NCBI RefSeq assembly: GCF_038025025.1
Contig: NW_027117352.1
Span: forward strand, 248,001-312,000
Source: Phyllosticta citribraziliensis
Taxonomy: Eukaryota
Length of the DNA: 64,000 nucleotides
Reading direction: 5' to 3'
Shown here: positions 1 through 11,299 of the stretch, in pieces
Layout: every line of letters starts with the position of its first letter
Position numbering within the stretch: the stretch's first letter is position 1
Program-made: the position numbers and the translations under genes
The notes under the pieces: model-generated
Databases searched by the model: none
Seen by the model: only the letters and a program-made list of their open reading frames with translations
Told to the model about the DNA's origin: nothing

Positions 1-831
1 ATTTGCATAGCGGCAATGCCCGAGACATACGGCCCTTTGCTGCTGACCTGGAAGGCCGCACACTTACGCCAGATTACTGGAGACGACCGCTTCCGCGCCG
101 AGCATGAGATTGTGGACTCGACGCTCTTCTCCCGCCTCAAAGTCGCCATGACTCGACCCTTCCTCATGTTGACGGAGCCAATTGTCATGTCGATGACTCT
201 CTACCTCACGGTCGTCTACATTGTCCTTTTCACCTTCTTGGACGGCTACACCTACATTTTTCAGGAAACGTACGGCATCTCCCAAGGACTCACGAATGTA
301 ATCTTCGTCGCCATGTTCTTGGGTGTCCTCTCGGTCGGCTTCCTCATTCCGCCCATTTACCGCATGACTGTCAACGAGCTCGAGCGCGCGCGCACAAAGG
401 GAGAGAAGATGTTCAACCCAGAAGTTCGCCTCTGGTTCTGCATGCTTGGAGCCGCTCCCGCCATTCCGATTTCTCTGTTCTGGATGGGCTGGACCGCATA
501 CCCGAACATCTCCATCTGGTCTCCCATCATCGCCTCCTTTGTCTTTGGCTTCGGCATCACAGGAATCTTCATCACAGCGTACATGTACATCATCGACTCG
601 TACGAAGTGTACAGTGCCTCGGCGCTGACATTTGTGTCGCTGGTGAGATATGTCGTAGCGGGTGGAATGACGGTCGTCGGCATTCCCTTCTACGAGAACT
701 TGGGCACGCATTACACATGCACAATTCTTGCTTGCATCTCCACTCTGCTGGTCCCGATCCCGTACATCTTTTACAAGTATGGATACATAATCCGGCGCAA
801 CAGCAAGTACGCTGTCTCGAGAGAGGTGTGA
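1..831 (+). CDS. MFS transporter, DHA1 (drug:H+ antiporter) family, C-terminal half; 5' end lies upstream of the window
   Basis: The frame is open from base 1. It contains PETY, RPFLMLTEPIV, Y(I)IDSY and SALTFVSLVRY motifs and several hydrophobic helices typical of fungal DHA1 proteins. Confidence 0.9.
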   Translation: MCIAAMPETYGPLLLTWKAAHLRQITGDDRFRAEHEIVDSTLFSRLKVAMTRPFLMLTEPIVMSMTLYLTVVYIVLFTFLDGYTYIFQETYGISQGLTNVIFVAMFLGVLSVGFLIPPIYRMTVNELERARTKGEKMFNPEVRLWFCMLGAAPAIPISLFWMGWTAYPNISIWSPIIASFVFGFGITGIFITAYMYIIDSYEVYSASALTFVSLVRYVVAGGMTVVGIPFYENLGTHYTCTILACISTLLVPIPYIFYKYGYIIRRNSKYAVSREV

Positions 832-1246
832 TCGGACCACGGTTCGAGGACTATGGACACAAAAAGACTTCAGCATCAGGCAACGCATCTTACGGCCGCA
901 TTTTCCAGACCAATCACGGACGAATCGCAAACCAGGCGCACTCAATCACGGGTCCAGGAGAAATTGAGACCATGGCCAACCAATAGACGGAGGATTCAAA
1001 GCCCTGGTATGGCCAGTCATATTTTCCAGCAGACGAATCGCAAAAGGCGGTGCTCCTATTGATGAGCCCGGAGAAAATTGAGACCAACATGACCAACGAA
1101 GAACGGGAGGATTTCATGGCTTGATCTGTCATCCAGACTCTTTTCATTTCTTTTTAGTACTAATTTAATAGACGTAATTTTCACGCTCTTCCATCTTCAA
1201 CAATTCTTTTTTTCCTCATTCCAGACACACTTCGTCTACTCACATT

Positions 1247-3216
1247 CTACAGTTTAACACCCAGCTCCCTCTTCGTTTGCTCTCGCAGTTGATTTTTCAA
1301 AGTCTTGCCACCTGCGTTCTTGGGGATAGAATCGACCACCTTCACGCCGCCCTCTAATTTCTTGTATTTCGCCAGCCTCTCCGCGACATGATCGAACACT
1401 TCTTTCTCCGACAACTTGGCGCCCTGGTTTCTCACGACATATGCGCGCGGCAACTCGGACCCGTCTCTCGTCAGCACGACGCCAATGACGGCTGCCTCTG
1501 CAATCGCAGGGTGGCTGAGCAGCACGCCTTCTATCTCTGCCGGCGCCACTTGGAAACCGCGGACTTTTATAAGCTCCTATGTGCACAATTAGCTTTGATG
1601 GCACTGTCAGCGCTGGAGCTGTGCTCGCCTTCTTCCGGTCAACAATGTACCAAGACTCGGTTTGCGCATCGCGGTACGCGACGTCGCCCGTATGGAAGTA
1701 GCCTTCGGCGTCAAAGTCTCGCGCATTTGCTTCATCGTTACGGTGGTAGCCGCGGATGATGATCGGACCGCGCACGCAGAGCTCGCCGCGGGTGTTGAAG
1801 GCCGAGATGTCGTTTCCTGAGTGGAAAGGTTCAGCGCTTGTGCTTCTTCAAGTCTACAGCACTCCCTCGCTCCAAAGAAAAGCTCACCAGCATCATCCAC
1901 GATCTTCGCGTCCAGGTTCGGAATGTTGCGCCCAACGCCACCAGTGCGATCTTCCTCGGGCCAGTACAGCATCGTCGCAATCCCACTCGTCTCGCTCATG
2001 CCCCACACCTGATTGAACGGACAATCTTCCCTCAGCAGCGCACGAAAACGCGCCTGCTGCTCGCGCCTCAGCGGCGCCGCGCCACACCACGTATTGCACA
2101 GGCTGGCCAGGCTGTGGCCAGGGCGCCCCGGCAGGTCCGAATTGACGACGGCGTTGACCATCATGGGCACGGTGTTGACCTCAGTGATGGCGAAGCGGTC
2201 GATGTTGCGCAGCCACGCGCCGACCTCGAAGCGCCGCATCACGACGCTGACGTCGCCGCTGCGCAGCGGCGTCGCGTGCGTTCGACACACTTGGCTCACG
2301 TGGAACATGGGCGTGCAGAGCAACCGGCGCACGGTGTAGGCGGCGCGCCGCCGTGGTGCGTGGAGTGGGTGCTCCATGACGAGCGTGTGCTGCGCGATCA
2401 GGTTGTGGTGCGTGAGGTTGAGCGCTTTGGGGAGCCCAGTGGTGCCGCTGCTGAAGAGGCGGGTTGCCGCTGTTGAGGTGGCTGTTGCGTGGTCGGAGAA
2501 GCGGTGCCAGTCGCTGGAGCCGTGTGAAAGGAGCCATTGCCAGTCGTGAAGGGCATGCTGTGACTGCAGTGGCGAGCTTTGTGTTGCGGCGTCGCTGTCT
2601 GGTGGGTTGAAGACCATGATGCGCGATAGGGGCAGTGAGGTAATTTCCGCAGCAGATATTGCGTTTGGAAGCAGGGAGGGCTCAACGAGCAGGTATTCGA
2701 CGTCGGCGGTGCGGATTGCGTGGGCGAGCTCGTAGGGCGTGTAGGAAGGATTCGTGCCAGCAAACACACCTCCTGCTCCAATGACTCCAAGGAAAGCCAT
2801 CGAATAGAAGACCTGTATTGTAGTATCAGTATCAAATTGAGGTACCCAGCTTCGGTAGAAACAAGCAGTGACAGAGCAGCAGCAAAGGTACATGTAGAGA
2901 GAATGACAACGCGAAACAACATGCAGGAAACACACATCGTTAAAGGCATGCATGCAAACGCAATACCCCTTCTTGACGCCAGCCGCCTTGAAGCCAGCGA
3001 TCAGCTTCTCAATCAGACCGCGAGCCTGTCTGGCACTGATCGTCCGCGACGGCTTCGCCGCATCAATGAACACCTCGAATATGTATCAGCACACCCCACT
3101 ACGTACAGCTCGCCTGAGCTCACCGATCTATCCAAGTCATAATGCGGCTTGTCCAAGGACCACGATAGGATGTCTTGGTCCGGGATAGGCAAGTGTTCGG
3201 AGGCGAGGAATGGCAT
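1247..3216 (-). CDS. AMP-dependent ligase (4-coumarate-CoA ligase-like / acyl-CoA synthetase), multi-exon
   Basis: Start MPFLASEHLPIPDQDILSW at 3216. Adenylation motifs FSSGTTGLPKA, WGMSET, YFHTGD, YIVDRKK and IPKNAGGK are spread over ORFs 1607-3073, 1254-1775 and 1247-1549, joined by GT-AG introns. The C-terminus is GVKL. Confidence 0.9.
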
Positions 3217-3774
3217 GATGGCGAGCAGTGAAAGCTCAACGTCTCTTGAGTATTGTTCAAAGGACAGGATTGAATCTTCGCTCTGCTGGTCGTCCAAATG
3301 CAGTGCTGCATCTCGGTTCTGACGGCAAGCTTGTTGCGGGGTAGTCCCTGCATGAGGTTTCGTGGGGTAGAGCAGGTCCTGTCTCCGCACTTGCTCACTC
3401 GCCCCAGCGGCCGGGACGGCACGAAACGTGGAGAGTGGGCACTGCAGATCCGGGAAGAGATAGGCATCATTGTCGAGGAAGTATCCTGTCAGATTTGCTG
3501 GTAGAAACTCAGTAGTGGATGCCCTCTTCATTGCGGAAAAGAAAGTATCTGTTGTAGATCTACCAGAGCAGGATGGAATAATCTCAAATGGGACTCTGCG
3601 GTCCATTATCCCAGAAGTCGAGTTTTCTTGTGCAAAATTGGCTGATTTATACATTAATTCTGTCTTATCTGAGCCAATGAGGCCAGACAATGCCAGGGTA
3701 TCTACAAACGGGTATCTTGCATCATGAGTGATATTTACCTTCCCGGATCTCCACATCTTTACCACCTCACCTTC

Positions 3775-4888
3775 TCATGCCGGCTCGCCAGAGCACGTCA
3801 CCGGCTGCTCCATGCTGCCCCCCAAATCGGCGTTGCACCTCGCGCTGTACCGAATATTCATAGTCCGGCGTGCTTCCACCACGGTTCCTTGGTCGACCCC
3901 GTTGATGATGCTATCATGGGGCCCGGCCATCTCGTGCTGGTGGAAGAGTTCCGGGTTGACAGCATAGCAGCGCAGCTCTCCGCGCTCGCACGCAAAGTGC
4001 ATCCACACGTCAAAGGCCACTGCCTGGCCCGCCGACGCGCGCTCGACGATCGACCGCGCGGCTGCTTGCGTCACGGCGTACGCGAAAGAGCAGATTGGGG
4101 AGCCTGTGCGATACACGTAGCGTTGGTGCGTTGGGTTTTCAATGAGTTGCGGGATCGATGTTTTGACGATTGGCGGCAGGGTCGTGTCTGTGAAGCTCGT
4201 AATCTGTGCTGCTTCGTCGTCCTCCCTGGGGAGCGAGCTGCCGCAATGTCCCAGCCAAAGCACGTCCCAGGAGAGACCGTATGGTGCGTCGGATTCTTCA
4301 TTCAAGACCTTGTCTTGTTCGTCATCGTGGGGATGGGTCAAGTCCCAAATGGCCTCGGCAACTGCAACGCTTTGCTCGCGGATTGCCACGTCCCAATCAA
4401 CATCGTCCTCGAAGATGAGCGCGGTCCGGTGCTCTGTTGCCTGCTGCAGTGTGTACAAGTGACCTAGCCAGGCCTTTGCGGCGCCACCTTTCGGCTCTCC
4501 ATCCGGGCTGTTTGCGGCAAGGCGTTCAGTATCGGACTCGTTCCACTGCGGTTGCCGTGGATATCCAATGTCGAGTCCGTTGAAAGAGGCTGCCTGCTGC
4601 ATGCCCGCTTTGCGCCATGAGGTCCTTTCTGGCGGCGAGTGTGGTGTCACGGCTAATATGGCACCGAACTGGGACTGGATTAGCGGTGACACAAGCGCGG
4701 TGAGTGGGGGGACACCCTACTCCCAGTGTCGCGTTGCCGGCCAGCTGATGCAGCGAAATGCTTTGAGTGTTCTGGTAATCTCTATACCACGAGGCCTGAA
4801 GCAGCCAATATTGTAAAAGAAGCACTAGGACGATGATGGAAACAGTTAGTTTGAGAATGAACGGGCGTGAGAGTCTGGGGTGATCCAT
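3775..4888 (-). CDS. Glycosyltransferase family 25-like protein with N-terminal membrane anchor
   Basis: N-terminal TM segment, then NATLG|FGAILAV across intron 4669-4720. Motifs AWLGH, ALIFEDDVDWD, PYGLSWDVLWLGHC and ICSFAYAVT are typical of fungal GT25 proteins. Confidence 0.85.
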
Positions 4889-5697
4889 GATGGAAATCGA
4901 CGGGACGGCCTAGCAAAGACCGTCTGGGGACTGGAAAGTCCATGTTAAAGAGGTGACTGGGGCGCGCAGGCGCCGAAGCGCGCGGACACGATCGCTTGTC
5001 CATTATCAGGTCTTCTCCAGTAAATCCACGTCGAGTCGCCCAATCGCCTGCTTGTGACTTGAAAACCTGCGCCGCATCGGCTGTTGGGCCCGGACGGCCG
5101 ACCTCAGTCGGGCGCTTGATCTCCGGCTTCATGGACCAATCACGTCACTGGAATCCGCAGAGCCGCAGGAGTGGCAGAAAGACTGACCGCCTTCTGTCTG
5201 CCCCATTGCTGTCGTTGCCCTGTGCCTCGACCTCAACCCTCTCGCGTTATCAACAAACAACGCTCAGGTCGATTTGAACTTCTTTGGCATTCGCAACTCA
5301 CTCCACCCGCCTTGAGTATCGCCCGAAACTATTCTTGGGCCCACTTGCACAACTTTCCGCCGAGCCGGCTTCCACTCCACGGGCAAGAATTCCTTCATTC
5401 AAACACACTCTCGTTTATCATCGCGGCGAAGTGGGAGCGGTAATCACACGGAAAGGGCCATTTGGCGGCTAAGATACCAATGAGCAGATGTGGCGAACAT
5501 GGGCCCAAATCCTTCCGCACGCAAGTGCAAAAGCTCGCTTGATGCTTTCCATTCGCGATTGCGGCGCGGTGGCATTCAGCGCGCTTAGACGTGCATCAAA
5601 TACAACATGGAATCCTTGACCAGCACTCATAGATTTCTGTGATCCCTGGGTACCAGGTTGCAAGCTGTTTCTCTGGCTTTCTCTTGTCCCCTTCATC

Positions 5698-6599
5698 ATG
5701 GGGCAGTATCGCTCATGCTCATGTGGTAGCCCTCGAGCGGGCCCTACCATTTTACTTGTCCTTCTCTTTCTATTCACCTACCCTGCGAGCTCGGAAAACT
5801 CCAACTACTTCTCTTTCCCGCTTCTTGCTGCTTCAATACCCACTGTCCACAATGGTGACACGGTCAATGTGACATGGAAATCGCACACAGCGCAGGCAAG
5901 CCTGAATCACTGGTGCAATCAGGCACTACGTAAGTTCGTCCGAGCGCACAAATGTCCTGCCAGCCAAAATAATCACTGGCTAACCACAAACACAAACTTT
6001 CAGTTGAAGAGATTGACGGCCTTTCCGGCGATGGCCATCACGTCTTCACTGTGAACACCAGTTGGACCGGCCCGTGTCATTTTCAATACGTCAACTCCGC
6101 AGACACGAGTGACTACATTGACAGCGGTGCCCTCGACATCACCAACTCGAAGGCTACGCCCGCTGTAACATGGGTTCCCAGCGCCATCGGAACAGCCTGC
6201 GGTGTCCAGACAGTAACAAGCACCCTGAGCGCCGGTCAGAAAGTGACGGCCACGACGACCATTTTCTCAGTCGTCACCGCATCAGCAAGCATCTGTCCAA
6301 AACATCGGCTGTCAGAAGGCGCAGGAATCGGTATCGGGATTGCCGTTGGTGCTGCCGGGGTCGGTCTGATGACGGCAGTTGTCTGGATGCTGATGCGCAG
6401 ACGGCAAAGGCGACAGCAACAGCAACACATTCAGCTGGATGAACGCAAGCCGGAAGACATCAAAAGCCCCTTCTACGGTTTCGAGCTGAACGATAGGGCT
6501 GTTCCGATGGAGCTGGATCCAAATCACAGGCCGGCAGAAATGTCGTCAACGCCGAAGCTCAGAGAGCAGTCGCGGACAGGCTCTGGCAATTTCTTCTGA
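5698..6599 (+). CDS. Single-pass type I membrane protein (signal peptide, Ser/Thr-rich ectodomain, TM, basic juxtamembrane tail); function unknown
   Basis: Intron 5930-6003 (GTAAGT...CTAAC...CAG) joins ORFs 5698 and 6051 in frame. TM LSEGAGIGIGIAVGAAGVGLMTAVVWML is followed by MRRRQRR and a PMELD motif. Confidence 0.75.
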
Positions 6600-6818
6600 C
6601 ATTACGGCAAATTCTCAGAATTCCTGTGGGATGTGTGCGATCACATTGGACTGGAACATGTGAAAAGAAGTGTACAAATAACGTTTCGCCCAATGTGCGG
6701 CCTGTCAACACAAGCAGGACACCAAATTCTGTCATGAAGACTTTTGAATATGCAAATCCGAGCCCTTTTGCGGCGTAATTTCCTTTTCTTACCAAGTCAT
6801 TGCGACGTCGAAAGCCAA

Positions 6819-9178
6819 CTAAGAGCTCATAAAACATTCAACATCTGGCGATAGACCAAACGCCTGCACCTGGTCAGTTCTTGTTCAATTCGCGCCTCTT
6901 TAAGGCAGCTTACAGAGAAATCTAGATCAAGCCAGTCACTCGCTTGCCACTGACCAATAGGGTTCGATGCCGAGGCATACGCATCCGTTGGTCCATCAAA
7001 CATGGCGTGAAAGCCGCCGTTCAATTGCTCAGTCATTTCGCGTCCATTCGATTCGTGGTTCATTTCTTCACTCTCCGTCGCATCAGCACGCAGGGAGTCC
7101 TGCCCACCATTACTGACTGCCTCCAAACGCAGCTCTTCGATAATGATTGCGTATCTCCGACTCGGCGACTCGGACGGCAGGGTTCGAGTGAGATGAGACT
7201 GACATTTCTCAGCGAGGGAGAAGAGTGTCGAGTCTTTCTGGCTTCCGGTCGCGAATGATTTCTGCTGAATCTCCAGTACGTACACCACCGCCAGGGCGCA
7301 GAAGGTGACGTATGGCGTCCACCACAATGCGCCGTACGGCACTTTCATGTTGATGAACATGCGATTGATGGTCTCGAGAGCAACTCTTGCAGCACCAACA
7401 CACTCGGATACGCATTCTTGCAATGCGTCAGAGTCGCAATTGCTTGGTTGGTCGAGCAGAAATGGTCTATTGGCATGCATGATGGCGTGGCAATAGGCCA
7501 GCTTCAACGCCGTCGCTTGACGGCTGAACGACGCATTCAAACTCGATGGTCTGACTGCTCCGAGATGAGGTGGCAATTCTTTGCGCCACTCCTGCAGTTG
7601 ATGGTTGAACCCCTGGACAGCTTCCAGTCTCTCAAGGTTGCTCAGGGGCTTCGCAGAGTAGATCTCCCGGGAGATGTTGTCAATGATCTTGGCGACTCTG
7701 TTCAAGGTCAGTGAAGCGCATTTTGTTTATTGGAACCCTTACTTGGCATGGAATATCAGTGAATCAACGTGGTAGTCCATCGTGGGTTCAGCATCGGACG
7801 GCCCGTCTGGAGTCATATCTTCATCGTTGACTCGATCTGGAAAATCCTGATCAACGTCGTCATTGTGATAGAAACGCGGTCTACCAAAAACAATGGCGAG
7901 ATACTTGTCGATGGTATACACCACCCAAAACGTCCTCTTGCGGAATTCGGTCGTGATGTAGTCCGCGTTGGGAGTCCGCGTGCCCCCCGGTCGGCTGCGA
8001 ATCGACTTGCGATGCAGACTGATGGCCAAGACAATAGGGACGGTGCAACCGAAAACGTGCCAGGCTTGATTCATGCGAGAAGTCTGGAGGAGGTAGAGGA
8101 CTTGCAAAATGCGGGCTTGCGCAGATTCGAGACGGGGCAGGCCAGTCTCTATTGATGTGAGTTGAAGAGAAGCATTGAAGAAATCTTCGCTCTGCTGCAG
8201 GATGAAGGAGTCATTTCTGGTGGTCTCGGAGGAAACGACAGAGGCTTTGTGCTTTCTCAAACTAGCAATGGCCAGGATGTTGACCACAATGGCCGCCTTC
8301 GCATGATCAATGTTGCTAAAGAGTGGCAAACTGTTACGGCAGTTGTGTATGACAGTTTGGAGCCAAGTGGAACAGAATGACTGGTTCAGAAAGCGATAGG
8401 TGATGACGCAGTTCTCGAAGTAGAAGTTGAACAGATCAGTAAAAGATTGCGGATCAAGAAAAAGGGAGCCGTAGCTGTTTCCCGAAAGGAAGGGCTTGTC
8501 ACCTGCGGACATGAGTGGTTGAAAGTGTTCCGTGCCTGTCAAGACATTTGGCACAGCGTGTTGCTTTTGCAACGCCAACCGTCTCCAGGCTCGGTGGATG
8601 AAGCTCAAGTTTGATGTGGGATCAACAATCTGTCCTTCAATCTCAGCAGCACCTAGAGCTGGTGATGACCGTGAGGTTGCTGCCCCTGACTGCCGTACGG
8701 GACTGTTTTCGGTCATCAATAGTACAGTCGGTGTCTTCTGTTTCCGATTTTCGCCGCTTGAAGCGTCAGAGTTTGATTGATGATGATTTGGAACAACTGA
8801 CTTTTCCAGCCGATGAGTGGATGGTACAGGAGGGTCGTGGATGCCGTCATTGCTTCCTCTGCTACCACAGAGAGCAGCAGGCGGCGTGGGTGGCCGACCG
8901 CGTCTGTATTGCGCATCGTACAGACAGTCCAAACTCTTCCTCGTGCAGATGTTGCACGGAATCGTCCCAGAACATTTGAGCTTTTTGGTCTTGCAATGGT
9001 CGCAAGCGCGACTAACCTTGGGCGCCTTTTGTCGGTTCTCCGGATTTTTGGCTCGGGAATCCGAGCGGCGCTTCCGGTTGGTTGGGGCCCTATGACTTTG
9101 ACTGGCCGACAGCAACATCCTCGAAGCTGGGGTCGCTGGCTCGACAGCAATCTGATCTCGGGCGTCTTGGTCCGTCAT
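6819..9178 (-). CDS. Zn(II)2Cys6 transcription factor with fungal-specific middle domain
   Basis: RACDHCKTKKLKCSGTIPCNICTRKSLDCLY zinc cluster and EFRKRTFWVVYTIDKYLAIVFGRP motif. Introns at 7698-7742 and 6864-6913; last exon AFGLSPDVECFMSS*. Confidence 0.92.
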
Positions 9179-9230
9179 TTGGGGGCCGTGGACGATGCTG
9201 GAGAGCTAGCGAGGGGAAAAGACTCCCAGG

Positions 9231-9402
9231 AATCCGAGAGGTGGAGGGTGAACGTGTCCGGATTATGGGCCTCTGACAAGAGCGTTGTCGTGATTTTAGC
9301 GGGAAAGAGGGGTCGGATTACGAAAGTGGGAATCCGTGGCGTAATAGCGGCCAGCACTTCCTGCAAATGGTAATATGCGGGGAACAAAATTCAGCCAATC
9401 CG
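9231..9402. promoter_or_regulatory. Cluster of five CGGATT/AATCCG motifs upstream of the Zn2Cys6 TF (putative autoregulatory sites)
   Basis: Motif copies at 9231, 9259, 9314, 9331 and 9397. CGG triplets are the canonical Zn2Cys6 half-site. Confidence 0.55.
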
Positions 9403-9723
9403 TATTCCGTCCAGTCGGGCTGACAGAAGCAGAGGCAGAGGCAACTGAGGAGGCCTGATGTGTGCCGACGATGCCCGGAAACATGGATCAGGGAAAAGGG
9501 CAGCAATGAATTTGGAGCGAAGTTGTTACTGTACAACAATTGTCTACCGATCCCATTACAGTAAAATCAAGCTACAGAAGAATGCTGGCCTCCTCCTGAA
9601 CCTGCGCGTCTTGTTTGGTCGTTTGTTCCTCCTAGGTCTGAAACTACTCTGCGGTAGAAATCGAACAATAGTTTCTCTTGTTTTCTTTGTTTCCGCACTT
9701 GTCTTCGTCCATCACGACAGATT

Positions 9724-10650
9724 TCATGCAACCTTTGACAGTTGTGACGCAGAAACAGCCGCGTAGATCTCCTCTTCAGCTCCGTCTCCGAGGGGCACCA
9801 ATGGAGATCGAACTGTGGCGTGCTCGAGGATTCCACGTGCGACGAGGACGTGCTTCAAGGCAACGGTACCCTCCATATGCGAGCCACGGTGGTAGACAGC
9901 TTTAGTCAGAGGCAAGAGCTGGTCGTGGATTTGACGCGCCCGCTTATAGTCTCCAGCCTTGCCAGCTTCGATGAGCTGCAGGAGTTCCTCAGGGGCAATG
10001 TTGCCGTATCCGACAAGCATACCGTCAACGTCGAAAGCAGTGTGAAGGAGGTATTCGTCGTGGCAGGTCAGCACGGGGACGTTTGGGCGCTCCTTGCGGA
10101 AGACGGGGATCTCGGTGTCCCAGCGGCGCATATTACGAACACCATTCTTCATTGCAATGACGCCGGGGAGTGCAGCAATGTCGAGAAGTGTCTGCAGGTT
10201 GTAGTTGGCCTCTGTGTTGTCGGGGTACTGGAAGAGAATGAGGGGAAGCTTGGAGACCTCGTAGACGGTCTTGTAGCGGTCCTGGGGAGCACCGGGCTGA
10301 TAACCGAAGCGTAGCCAGCCGTGAGATGGGTAGAGAAGGCCAGCCTGGGCACCGGCCTCCTTCGCGCGCTTCGCCTCGTACGCTGCGACTTCAGTTCCCT
10401 CGCCAGTGATTCCAGCAATGATTGGAATGCGGTTGTCGACAGACTTGACAAAGGCCTTGATGGTTTCGACTTGCTCGGCTTGAGTGAGGAAGGTACCTTC
10501 ACCAGCGTGGCCGAGTACCACCAAACCCTTGACACCCTTAATACTGCCGAGCCAAGAACCAAGGCGCTGGATAGCATCATAGTCGACTCTGCCATCCTTG
10601 GTGAATGGGGTGACAGGTGCGGGAATAAGGCCCTTGAGATCGAAAGACAT
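9724..10650 (-). CDS. DHDPS/NAL-superfamily class I aldolase/dehydratase-like protein (intronless, 308 aa)
   Basis: GLIPAPVTPF, GHAGEG (at the GTTGE position), IPIIAGI, Schiff-base Lys in AMKNG, DGMLVG and VRSPL motifs. Confidence 0.9.
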   Translation of the reverse strand: MSFDLKGLIPAPVTPFTKDGRVDYDAIQRLGSWLGSIKGVKGLVVLGHAGEGTFLTQAEQVETIKAFVKSVDNRIPIIAGITGEGTEVAAYEAKRAKEAGAQAGLLYPSHGWLRFGYQPGAPQDRYKTVYEVSKLPLILFQYPDNTEANYNLQTLLDIAALPGVIAMKNGVRNMRRWDTEIPVFRKERPNVPVLTCHDEYLLHTAFDVDGMLVGYGNIAPEELLQLIEAGKAGDYKRARQIHDQLLPLTKAVYHRGSHMEGTVALKHVLVARGILEHATVRSPLVPLGDGAEEEIYAAVSASQLSKVA

Positions 10651-10814
10651 GATGAGTGTCGTAGAAGTAGTTTGCGATGCTTCGGGACTGGAGAGAAGTC
10701 GAGTTGATGATGTTCTGACAAAGTGTTCAGCAGAGGTATGGCACTGTTTCTTTTAAGTCAGACATCATTAGCAGTCTGCTTCTTTCGCGTCTCCGCATCT
10801 GAAGTTCGCGACAG

Positions 10815-11161
10815 ATCCGGAGACGGACATCCCCAGTCCAGGCGAGCAGAAATCCGGATTCCCCCGGATTCCGGCCACGTTGAAGTGGAACCAGAAGTAA
10901 TCTTCAGGGGTGAAGTGGGTGATTTGTTTGGCCCTGTCTAAATCCGGAGCATGAGATCGGGAAAATACACCGGATTCCCGGATTACCTCGCTGAGTATCT
11001 GCCACCGGAGGGCTTCCCCCGCGCGCTTTGATGATTGGCTTCGATCCACTGGACTCCACTGGACTAACCTTGACTCTCGGGTGTTTGCCTTGGTTTTTAG
11101 ACGTGTCTCTGGAGAGAAAAGCTTGTTTCTCCACAACCCCACGAATCCCCCAGAAAATCCG
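10815..11161. promoter_or_regulatory. Divergent promoter with about seven CGGATT/AATCCG motifs, including the palindrome AATCCGGATT
   Basis: Motifs at 10851-10860 (palindrome), 10865, 10941, 10971, 10979 and 11156. A TATA-like TATAAATA lies near 11217, ahead of the MFS gene. Confidence 0.6.
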
Positions 11162-11299
11162 GGGTAACGTCAGATCAGAAGAGGAGGTTGAATGATCTCA
11201 ACTTTTTCCATGGAGATATAAATATCTTGCAGTCGTGGTGCTCAATCTATCCAAAAAATCACTTGACATCTCTGTAAAATATCTTGTACCTGGGCAAAT

